Assembly: GCA_001179505.1 (NCBI GenBank)
Contig: CDMY01000947.1
Location: 124,001-188,000, forward strand
Direction: 5' to 3'
DNA: 64,000 nucleotides
Origin: Vitrella brassicaformis CCMP3155
Taxonomy: Eukaryota > Protista > Chromerida
The notes under the pieces were generated by a model. The model saw only the letters and a program-made list of their open reading frames with translations, was not told the origin of the DNA and ran no database searches. The position numbers were made by a program, and so were the translations under genes. Each line of letters starts with the position of its first letter. The stretch's first letter is position 1. Shown one piece after another: positions 49,182 to 60,400 of this stretch.

Positions 49182-49810
49182 GGTTGCCATCTATCCACGC
49201 TGCGTGAGCGTTATCTAGTCACTAGGACACGGGCATACGCATACAGTACCACACCGGTCTGTCTGTAATGGTAGTTAGTTAATGGTCGGTCAAAACAAAA
49301 CAAAGCCTACAGGTGGACGTCAGTCAGTGGGTGGGTGCGGTCCCTATGCCATCAGGAAAAAGGGGGCCGGCCGGCCAGCCTCGTGCGTGTGTGTGTGTGC
49401 GCAAAAAAGATACATCTGTCCGCACAGCACTTGTCCATGAGCGATAGGTGAATAGATAGACAGACAGTTGCATACACACATACACACAAGAGAACACATT
49501 GATTGATGCGCAGAAAGAAGGTCATGCGCAGAAAGAAATATGGTTTCTCTGTCCATCCATCCATCCATCCATCTGTGTGTGTGTCCGTCCATCTGCGCAG
49601 AAAGAAGAAAAGACAGGCACGGCACCTCCACGAAGAGTATAGACAGGGAGGGAGGGACGCAGGCGGCCACGGTCAAGCAGCAGGCATCCATCCATCCATC
49701 CATCCATTCGTCTCGTTTGTCGCAAAACAAAACTGCCCCCCATCACATTACTCACACACACACACATGGATGTGTCAGCGGAAGGTGCTGGATGACAGGA
49801 GCACAGGCAG
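47000..49810. repeat. 2.8 kb non-coding, microsatellite-rich tail-to-tail interval (probable long 3' UTRs)
   Basis: No credible exons. Dense (TCCA)/(TGGA), (CAGG), (GAGT), (CA) and (CT) tracts between the ECO1 stop and the CCCH stop. Confidence 0.6.
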
Positions 49811-49814
49811 CCCG

Positions 49815-51450
49815 TCAGTCTTCGTAGTTTTGCGGCGCAGCTGCCTTCAGCTCTGGATACACACACTCACATAATAAACACGCCATGAGCACTGCACTGT
49901 CTGTGTCTGTCAATGTTGCCCCCCTGTCCAACGCACCTCTGTCATCGAGCACGAGCGAACGGATCTGCTCAAGCACCGATATGGGCGTGGCGGGCGACGA
50001 TGACGTGCCGTCCGGATGCCCACCACCCCCACCACCACCAGCCTTCGCCCCCATGGCTGCCTCCGAAGACAACCCCCTGCCGGCTCTCCCGTGCCCCCCA
50101 CGTCTCCCACCACACCGCATCTCGGGGAGCGACACCGCCCTGTAAGGCAACAGGGGACCCGGCACATCGACTTGACCGACATGGTCCCCAACTTCAGCAA
50201 GCGTAAGCACTCCTGGTGCCCGCGCAGGTGACGGTGCGGGTGAGTTGTACAGCACGACGCCCATAGTGGCCACGGGTGGGCCGGACGTTGGTGCGATGGC
50301 GATGGATGGGTGGCGAGAGGGCGGGGCAGAGGGGCCGGGGAGGTCGGGAGGGGCGGGGTGGGGGAACGGGGTGCTTGGGATGGGGAGGGGCAGAGGGAGG
50401 GGGTGAAAGACCGGGGTGCTGTCAAGAACGGAAACACCAGGTCTGCGTAGGTAGAGAGAAACGACAAACAACAGGACGTTCATATATTCCGTCTTGCGTG
50501 GGGTGTTTGTTGGGGCTGCGTGCGTGTGTGTGTGGTGGGTACTCACCGCTCGTGGGCAGAGGCGGACGTGTCAATGTGTTGCTGCTGTGTGTCGCCTGTG
50601 TGTGGTTCATGCTGGCCATCGGTGTTGACATCTTCTTGCATGTCATCGAGGTGGTGCGCCCATTTGCAGCGGGGCCTGTAGCACCGACCCGCCAGCCAAT
50701 CGTGGCATACTTTGGTCTTCACGAAAAAGCTGATCGACATTCCAACACCGAACACGTGGATGGATGGATGGATGGCTGCAGACACCGATGCACATCGTCT
50801 TTTTTGTCACAAGTGATGGTTTCTACTTGGTGGTCCTCAGTGCGTCCTTTGAGTGGGCAAACGTACAGAAGGGGTTCCGACAGTTCTGCAACTGTGCGTG
50901 GTGCAAAGCAACAGGACACCCACAGAGAGATCCATGTGAAGCGGGCACGTGTGAGTGCATGTGTGCAGTTCACTCGGCTGACATACATCAGGGCAGAGTG
51001 ACGTCCTTGAGAGGTCAGGCCGCTGCCTCAGCTCCCCCAGGCCATGGGCGAACCGGCACTGCGCACCCCACGTGCAACGACCCGCCTGATGCCACTTACC
51101 TATACACACACACACCGCACACACACACAGAGCATCCACAATGTGTCTGAGTGGCGCTCGCAATGCTCACATAATCTGGTCTTGCGCAGCTGTTCCTCGA
51201 ATCTGCTGCGATTGGTCTCGATGATGCCCGCCGGTCCTCTGCGTCTGTTGCCCTCCCACCGCTGCATCGAGAAGGGCCTGGGCGGGTCGCATGGCGCCGG
51301 CACGGGCCCAGGCAGATGCCCAGGGAACTGAGGAGGGAAGCCAGGCTGCCCGAACTGAACCAAACACACACATGAAGTCCAGCATACCACACACAAACAG
51401 ACATCTCCTCTCTGTTAAGGCTCCTTCCTTTGACCCACCTGGTTCTGCAT
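49815..51450 (-). CDS. Triple CCCH zinc-finger RNA-binding protein (TTP/TIS11-like tandem fingers)
   Basis: MQNQ|FGQPG..RKTRL|CKWHQAGRCTWGAQCRFAHGLGELRQRPDLSRTSLCPD|LQNCRNPFCTFAHSKDALRTTN|FFVKTKVCHDWLAGRCYRPRCKWAH, then a Pro-rich tail ending LKAAAPQNYED*. Confidence 0.92.
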
Positions 51451-51747
51451 TTATGTCAGCGGCGTGGTGGTGCGGTGGGCGGTGAACGCACTTGCCTCCA
51501 TCCTCATGTGTGTCGCCGATATCACCATCATCACGCTGCAGACTGAGCTCTCGTCGTCAGTTCTCGTTCTTTCATCGCTCACAACGAAACAAGTGACGCA
51601 TTCCCCAGTGCACTCCCCTCGGGCGTAGCATCACAAACACAAAGAGAAGGAAGAGAACGCAGTGGTGTTCGAGCCAATTTGCTTCGAGCGTCGAGACGAT
51701 CGGGGGGTCGTGGGCCGAGACGGAGAGCAACCACTGCCAGTGGCATC

Positions 51748-54024
51748 ATGGCGCAGGCGGCGAATTTCTACGTGTGGGGCGCGGCGCCATGGCAGGGGGA
51801 TCCGGCGATGTACGCGCCGAATCTCGTGCAGGTGCTGGATGCCGACATTGCCGGGGTACACTTTGGCCCCTCCTTCAGTGTGGCGTTCACCGAGGATGGT
51901 CGGCTCTATTCGTGGGGGGAGGACCACAGTGGTCAGCAGGCAGGCAGGGAGGGAGGGAGGGAGGGAGAGAGAGAGAGGAGTCACCAATGCATTGATTGCA
52001 TCATGCTCTGCACTGCAGGGTGCCTCGGCATCGGCACACGTAAGACACTCGCCAAAGAGCCCACCGCAATCAAAGGCATCCCACAGGATGAACGAGTCGT
52101 TGGCCTGGTACGTCCCTCCCTTTATGTACTCATCTCTCCCATCTATGCATCTCGATTTCCTTCTGTCTCTTCTCTCCTTATCAATGCAGACTGGCGGGAC
52201 CGATTTCGTGCTGGCATGGTCGGACAAGGGATCCGTCTTTTCGTGGGGCGACAATGCCTTCGGTCAGCTGGGCTCCGGAAACCAGGCGCAACGATTCGAG
52301 CCGAAAAAAGTTGGCCTTTTGGAGCGAGAAATTATCACGCAGGTGAAGGGAGAGAAGGCTGTGGGCTTCTCGTTGCGTGCCTATCGTGCGTGTGCATATG
52401 ATGCAGATAATTGTGGCGGCGGGGTGGTCATGTTTCGCCTTGGCGGAGAGTGGGATGGTATACGCGTGGGGCGGCAATGTCCACAACGAGCTGGGGCTGA
52501 ACAGATCGGATGACCGCGTCTTGAGGCCAGAGCCTGTGCTGGCCATGAAGGGCAGGAGAATCAGGTAGGCCACTGACTGGGGGGTGTTGGTCATATGTGT
52601 CCGGCTCTTGATTCGCCTTGGTACCCTTCCTCTGTCTTAGAAAGATCGAAGGCCACAATGGCAGTATTGTGGCATATGTCTCCTCCAAACCATCAGAGAG
52701 CCACCAAGCACCCCAATTGGTGGCTTCTCCAGTCTCAGCCCAGAGCGCATCACTGCTGCCGTCATTCACCAGAGACATCGAAGTCTTCGTAAGAACCACT
52801 CCTGCACACGAATGCATCGCGTCTTGCATTGTCTGCCTGTCTATGCCGGTGCATTCAGTGGGGAGTCGACCTGATGCGAAGAGTCCTGGACGAGATGGCC
52901 GAATGGTGGTCTCGGGTGCTCGAAATCCGACACGGGGAGCCTTCACCGAGTGCCATCGACGCATCGGGCGGAAGCATCCATCTCCTTGGGCACGAGCCCA
53001 CATCAGACGACCTCGACCAATTCGCGTCAGAAAGCCAGCTGCTGCGGGCCGCGGAGGACCTGTCAACCCTGACACGGGCGGTGCTCGACCAGATGAGGGA
53101 ACTGGAGCACTCGGCCACGCTCAAGTTCCTGCTCGCGGTCATGCTGGATGACATCCGGCTGAGACACGAGAAGATCGACCGCATACTTGCCACACGACGG
53201 CTCGTCGACGCCAAGACGGATCTGCAAGGCATTGTGGACCAGGCAGAGATGAGTGGTGATGATTACCTGGAGGGAAGATACGACACCGATAGCCAGCTGA
53301 GGAGACTGGAGCAGGCGTCGCGAGTGACTGAAGCCGCCCTTCATAATGTCAGGACCGCGCCGGCGCCTGATCTGTTCTCGCAAGAGCTGCAGCTTGCCGT
53401 CATGGAGTCCCTGGAGAAAGGCCTGCAGCTGAATGAGACCCACGCGCAGCTCATCAAGACAGCTGGCAGCAGGAGGCAGGAAAGACAAGGACGACGAAGG
53501 CAGTCTCAGCGACACGGCTCATCTTCCATGAGAAGGGACAGCGACGCCGGCAACACAGCTGCAGGCGATGGACAAGTCGCGATCGACGTGTATGAGGATG
53601 TCTCTGCCCTCAAGCCCGTTGCGCGTCGGTGGCAGGCGCTGAAGGGTTTCAGCTTGGGAAGGCTGTGTCTCGAGTGCGAGAGGAATCGATACGATTACGG
53701 AAACGATGAGGTGAATACGCATACACACACACATACACATCAGCTGCCCCTCTCTATGGATGGATGTATGTGCCTTCCTTCGCACACATACAGGAGTTCC
53801 TTGCCTTTCTGGTTCGGCAGAGCGACGCCAAGATCGACAAAACCCTTCGGCTCGACCGAGACCAACTGCTGTCGAGGAGCTGTCTCGCCCCTTCACTTGT
53901 TTACGACTTGCTGCTGGAGAACGGGGAGTTGAGGAAAATGGCAAATGCATACCAGCTGAGGGTCTATGTCCTCGACAAGGGCAGGAGACGGCAGGGCAGC
54001 GGCAGCAGCGGGAGCAGTAAGTGA
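51748..54024 (+). CDS. RCC1/BLIP-II beta-propeller repeat protein with C-terminal helical/coiled-coil region
   Basis: RCC1 repeats FTEDGRLYSWGEDHS|GCLGIG, WSDKGSVFSWGDNAFGQLGSG and ALAESGMVYAWGGNVHNELGL, followed by a long helical exon at 52860-53710. Confidence 0.88.
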
Positions 54025-54948
54025 ATCGCCGTCAAGACAAAGGGCTTAGGCGGAGTAGGTGTCTCTGAGACTATTGTGGGAATGCAGCTGTGCTCTGCTG
54101 TGCGTAGGACTGTGTGTAGGATAGACGCCATTTGGGTCGTGTCATCACTGACTGATCAATGAGTGAGTGAGTGAGTTGAAGTCGACAAATAAGTCGTGTC
54201 CGAATGACACACCCACACACACACCCACACCTGAGGGTATACATTGCAAGCCAACGTCCTGTGCGCATGACCTCTCCAGAAGAGACAAACAAGAGACATG
54301 CCTGCCTGGCAAAAATTGAATTAATGCTGCTGGGGGCCGCAAAACAAGCCACACACCGCCCAGCCACACATTCGGGGGGACGCAGGCAGCAAGGAGACAG
54401 ACACAAGGTATGATGGATGAAGAAGGCAAAGAGAGAAAGAAAGAGAGAGAGAGGGAGGAGGGAGGGAGAGAGAGACTGGACCGACCGCCATTGCTAATGC
54501 TCGTTGCTCGGGGCCAATTGGCCCTCACGTCAATAAAGACACAACCCCACGGCGCCCCCAAGCTCTTGCCTCTTGCTTGCCATGTGTGCGCCCTCCCTCC
54601 GTGGGCTGGCCAAAGGCATCTATCTCTGTCTGCCCGTCGATTTGGGTACCCAACGAGAGAGGCAATCCCGCAGGCAGACAGGAAGACGCCCGAATTATTG
54701 CCCTCATCAGTCAGGCAGCCAGGCAAGGAGGGAGGGACGGGGCAGGAAGGGAGCAAGGCCTAGTAAGCTAAGCTACCCATCGATCGACCCGACCACCGGT
54801 CAACAAACACACACACGCCAAGCGACAAAGACACACACAAGGCAGGCAGGCAGGCAGGCAGATAAATAAACGAGCTTTCACAGCTCGATCCAACACGCGA
54901 AAAAACACCCATTCATCTATCCCTCCCTCCTCCCCGCCCATCGTCTGT

Positions 54949-57391
54949 CTATCTGGGTGGCGCCGTCATCTCCACCCCTGTGTGGGAGTGGGAGGGGGGA
55001 GGGGGCGCAATCCCACCATCGCCAAAGTCGCAATCCAATTCTAATCTTTCCTCGTCGCTCAGCAGCTGCTGGTAGCCGTATACGCGCGACGGCGTCGGCG
55101 CCACGTAGCTGCCGGCCCGCCCCGTCCTCAACTCGTACTGCAGCCTGTTTCTCTCTGCCCGCTTCCTCCGCTGAAACATGACCGCAACAGCCACCAGCAG
55201 ACCCACCACTATCAGCACCGTCGACAGGATGACCGCCGTGGACAGACTGTGGTGGTGGGTGGCGCGGTGGTGGTCACTGCTGCTGCTGCTGGGGCCTGTG
55301 TGTGGGACGTCCGGCATGTGCAGGGAGGGGGCTCTCTTGAGGGATGGCCCCAGGCTGCTCTGAGAAGACGGAGAGACGGGGGGCGGGATGTCCTCGGCCG
55401 GCGCAAGAGGCTCCTCAGGAGCCACCACTGGCTTGGCCACAGCAGCACTTGCATCATCTTGGCCAAACTCGACAGGCTCGTAGGCGTATGAGAGCCGCCG
55501 TCTGGGGTACTTGGCGACGACGTTGACTCGCCATCTGCCGGTGGGGTCGATGTCAGAACCTCCGTCTGACATCCAGTCTGTCGGCAGGGGGTGGTAGGTG
55601 ACGCCATGGGGCACGGGGTTCCACTTGACTGTCCTGCCGCTGTGCTGCGTGGTGTGGGCCTCCTCGTACAGGCCGCACGCCGTCGTCCCGTCGGACCGCA
55701 TCTCACCGATCTTGCCCCAAAACAGCTACAAAGACAGACAAGGAAGACGTTGGTTGGTGGGTTCCTGTGTTGTGTCTGGGTGTTTGCCGGTCTCTCCCAC
55801 CTCGTAGATGACGTCCTCGGGCTCGGCTTCCCTCCCGTCTCTTGCGACGATGTCATCGCTACAGCCTGACGTACTTGACGGCTCCAGCTTGGCCACACGA
55901 AGCTTCTCCCACTCAACTGCAGACATCAGCATCACACCACACCACACCACACCACACCACACACCCACAGAGAGCGTCAGACGGCGTCGTCCCTCCTTGT
56001 CTATCGCTCGCTGACCCGCCACCCGGCCATTTACCTTTGACTTCGGTGGATGAAGGCTCCCTGGTGACTCGAACCTTTGGCGACGATGCGCCGAGGCAGT
56101 GGACGTCCGTGATGTCCTCCACGAGCAGGATGAAGCTGCCGTGGTCCGCTGCCGGCGACTGGCTGGGGTGGTCTCGCCAACTCACACCCAGGTACTTGGC
56201 CTGGTCGACAGGGATGACCGCTGATGTGGTGTTGCGGTCCAGGGTGACGGCATGTGACGCCTGGTCCCCCTCCAGCACCTGCGCCATGGTCGACCCGCCC
56301 CGCAGCTCAGCGTCGCCCAGACACACCTCGAACCGCACCATCATCTTCTCGGGCATCGCTGCTGTGGATGCAGCCCCTCGCCTCTGCGTCGAGGCGGGGG
56401 GCAGCACCCGGTATGTCCACCTGGCCCCTCTGTCCACCTTGCCCATGCTCGGCTCGTGAAAGGGCAGAGGCGTTCCCTGCCTCTGTGAGTGCGCCCTCAA
56501 GGCGACAGTGATGTCCTTGTTGCGCTCGGACGACACGGTTCCCACATACTGGCAGGTGGGAGAGGGTGTGGAAGAAACCGGCCCGTCAATGATGGACACG
56601 AGCTGGTTTGCGCTGTTGACCCACCCCTTGAAGTCGTGGCTTGTCGAGTTGGGCACCCGGTCGAATGGCCGGCCGGAAAGCTTCTCGTCCGTGCGGCATC
56701 CGGTGATGAATAGCTTGATGTCGATATTGCCAGGCGAGTCGGCGTCATACGGCACGTCTGCCGTGAAGGTCACCTGGCCCGATCCGATGCCGGGCGATCT
56801 GCGTGCGGTAAAGATGAAGTGGAAGGGCTCACGAGCCTTGAGAGGGAACTCCACGGCCTGGCCGCCGTCAGGTACGCGGAAGAGGCCACCGCTGCTGCCA
56901 ACCTCCACCGAGTAGAGCTCGTCAATGTCCATCAAGGACTCATCCCCCGCCTGTGTGCAGTGTTAGTGTTAGGGATGAGTGATGGGTTTCTCACGCAGTC
57001 ACACTGCACTGACCTGCTCGTCAACATCGATGTAGAAGTAGAGCGCGCCTCGTGGCTTGGCCTGCCGGGCGGACCAACTACATGACATGAGAAAGGCAGC
57101 AGAGCAGCCGTGGTAGGGTAAGGTAGGGTAGGTGGGCGGAATGAGTGCCTTCCTTTTCTCTGGATCTCTGTGTGTGTGCTTACGGGACGACTAGTGCCAG
57201 GATGGTCTCGTCACTGAATGGTGCGAAGGGCTGCAGCATGGTCCCCTTGCAAGGGTCCCCGTGGTCCTCACCGCAGCCCGTCAGATAGCTGCCGTCAGCC
57301 GCACTCACGTTGCTGCTCAAACCTGCACCCCACCACCACACACACCCACACACACAGGGAGAGAGAGAGAGAGAGCAAGGACATGTGCGTG

Positions 57392-57426
<35 letters not shown>

Positions 57427-60400
57427 CCAGGCCAGCAACATACATACCGGCGTAGACGTTTTTGACTCTGGCAAGGTTGCTGGTGGACATCATCATGAGA
57501 TCCACATCGGCGAGTGGGTTGTCGACAAAGACCATGATCCGTCTGCTGGTGGCCAGCATGGCCGCGTCCATCTCCACCTCCCTGTCCAGGTCCAGCACTA
57601 TCGGCATCTTCTCACGACGACCACCACCCCCGCCCTCGGTCGCGTCATGCGGCACCTCCAACGCCAGGATGGAGAAATCAGCTGCCATGGGGCTGACCTC
57701 AGCACTGAACACGCCGATGACGATCTGGCAGTCTTGTGAGGTGCTGCTGCTGCTTGTGGTTGTGCTTGTGCCGGGGGATGGGGCCATCTCCTGCAGCATC
57801 CGCCGAGTGATCCGCCGCATTGGGAGGGTCCTTGTGCGGAAAGGGGTGGCGCTAAGGGGGCGGGCTAGACGTCGTCGCGTTCTTCTTTTTCTGGTTGGTG
57901 GCGGTTTGCCGCTGCATGTGTCTGAGACGTTCCATCGGATCTCGTAGTTGCCCCTGTCTGTCTGAGTGGCGGGGATGTTGTGGGACTGGTCGTCTGTAGG
58001 GGTGGGCAGGGCCACCTTGCCCTGGCCTGCATTGGCCACGACATTATTGACATCACCTGTTTGTAAATGACATACCCCACACACACAGACAGAAGGAATC
58101 AATCGTACCAAAGCGCACGTGGCAACGGGTGTGGTGCCGCCCGAACCGCCTGGGTGTCTGTCTTGCTCACTAACTAACCGTTGAATATGGAGACAACGAT
58201 GAAGACCTCCGTGTTGTCGGGGCCGTCCTGCAGGTCACCGTCATAGCTGTAGGCGTAGTACTGAGGCGCATCGAACGACAACACCTGGACACCTCCACAC
58301 GCACACGACACCCACCTAAATGTTCGCCTATTCATGTCTTCGTGTGGTCCCCTTGTGTGTGTGTTAGTGGCTGATTGATTTGATTACCTCTCCCTCGACA
58401 GTGTTTCCCTCAGTCAGTGTCTCCACCGTGGCATTGTCGCCCCGGCTGGCCGTCACACGGAGGCTGAACGAACAGGCGTCGCCATCGCCCAACGAATCGT
58501 CATACACCTAAGCACAAGACAGACAGACAGACAGACAAGGGCAGACAAGACAAGGGCGGACATCAATCACTCCACTCAGAGCAATTCCTTTCCCCCCACC
58601 CCCAACCCCCCCTCACCTCTAGCACAAACATGCCCGGCTTGACGCGCTGGTCCGCCTGTGTGATGAGCTGCACGTCTTGGCTGTCGGGATAGCCCACTGT
58701 CTGGGCGCCTTCATCTGTATCCCCAGCATTAGCACCTCCCGTGGTGTCCTTGGTGTCCTTGGCCTTGGTGCCGGGGAAGTGTATTCTGACTGAGGGGCTG
58801 CACTCCTCGGCCGACAGCTTGACCGACACTCCTGGGACCACCTTCTTGCCATACAGGTAAAAGCGATACCTGAGAGGAAGGAAGCGCCACACCGCATCGC
58901 ATGCACAATTCTTTCGATGCATCCATTGTCCTCCCTCCTCACTTTTCATGGGTCTGCCCCATGAGCATGCCTCGCTGCGGCAGCCCTTCCTGCACCAAGA
59001 TGCCCAGATCCATCAGCTCGGGGCCACCCGCCCCACAACAAGCACCACCAGCAGCACCGGGCTGCCCCGAGCCACCGGCGTCCACGCCAGCAGCGGTGAA
59101 GACGACGGAGAACTCCGACTGCTCGAAGCCATACACTTGGATTAGCAGCATGCAGTCTGGCGTGTTGGCGCCCTTGCCGCACTGGGCCCTCTCACGGTCG
59201 GCCTGCAGACAATAAATACGGTGGATGAACCAACCAACAGCATACATACTCATGTGTGTGTTGCGAGTGATTGAGAGAGGGGGCGGGCAGTTGTCTGTCA
59301 CTGACCTTGAGCTGTTCCGTCGAGAGAGTGACGGCCTCGTCCCCGAGGGCGTGGAGTGACTTGTGCACGGTGGCCTGGTCGGTGTCCTTGAGAGAGCCAA
59401 GGCCGCCGGTGCCGTCTTTCAGCACGCTCGATGACACCACCATGACATACAAGTCGGGGTCGCCCGTCTTGGGGGTCACTGCACACGAAGGGAGACACAC
59501 GGATCCACCGATAGATGAGGGTGGGGATATGTGTATGTGTTGTGTTGTGTGCGTGTGTGGTCACCTTTGACGTTGATTTCGTCCTCGAACGCCTCCTTGC
59601 TGAGTGTGGCCGTGAACAAGGCGCTGCCCGACTGGAGCGTCTTGCCCTCCTGAGGCTCGAAGGGCTCCAGCTCTGTCGGCTTGCCGTCCTGACCCACACA
59701 CACCCACACACACGTAGACACACACACATGCCATCCCTTCCTTCGCCCCTCCCTACGTGTGGGTGGGTGGCACCCCCCACTTACGGCAAGGTTGGCTTCA
59801 ATGGTGAATGCGGTGTCCCTATACCCCAGGACGGCGATGTAGTAGACGCACTCGCCCTTCTTGTCGATGACGTCCTTGTTGCAGTACTTGCGGTGTGCGG
59901 GGTCGTCCGCCGGGATGAACACCACGTCACTCCCGAACTGGTCGCTCGAAAACACCTCGGGATCGCCCGTGCGCAGCTTCGGCTCGAAGCCAACGTACAG
60001 GTCGGCATCGCCCGCTATGACTGATACATACACGGGAACACACACACACACACGAGTGGATGGCGGCGGTTGTTCGTATGTGTGCGCGGTGCTGTGGGGT
60101 TGGGGGAAGGGCTACTTACTTGTGAGGCTGACGGTGAGGTGGTGGTCGATGTCGGCCGATGCGAGGCGGAAGAAGAGGACTTCCTCCTCCTCGATCGTGC
60201 CGAACAGAGGCACACCCTCGGCCAACAGCATGACATCACTATCGCTGCTGCCCATCAGATTGAACGCTATCTGATAAGAACCACACACACACACGCACAC
60301 AGACGGTTGAATGAGCAATCACTGTGGTCTCGTCCTCCCCCTCTCTCACTCACCCTCTCTGCCGTGGCGTTTGTGTTTCCCTCCGTCTGCACGGGCTTCA

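Noticed and set aside
50310-50420. Dense G-runs (potential G-quadruplex) on the plus strand
   Set aside because: Explained by the antisense of Pro-rich CCN codons in the CCCH gene; no independent evidence of function.
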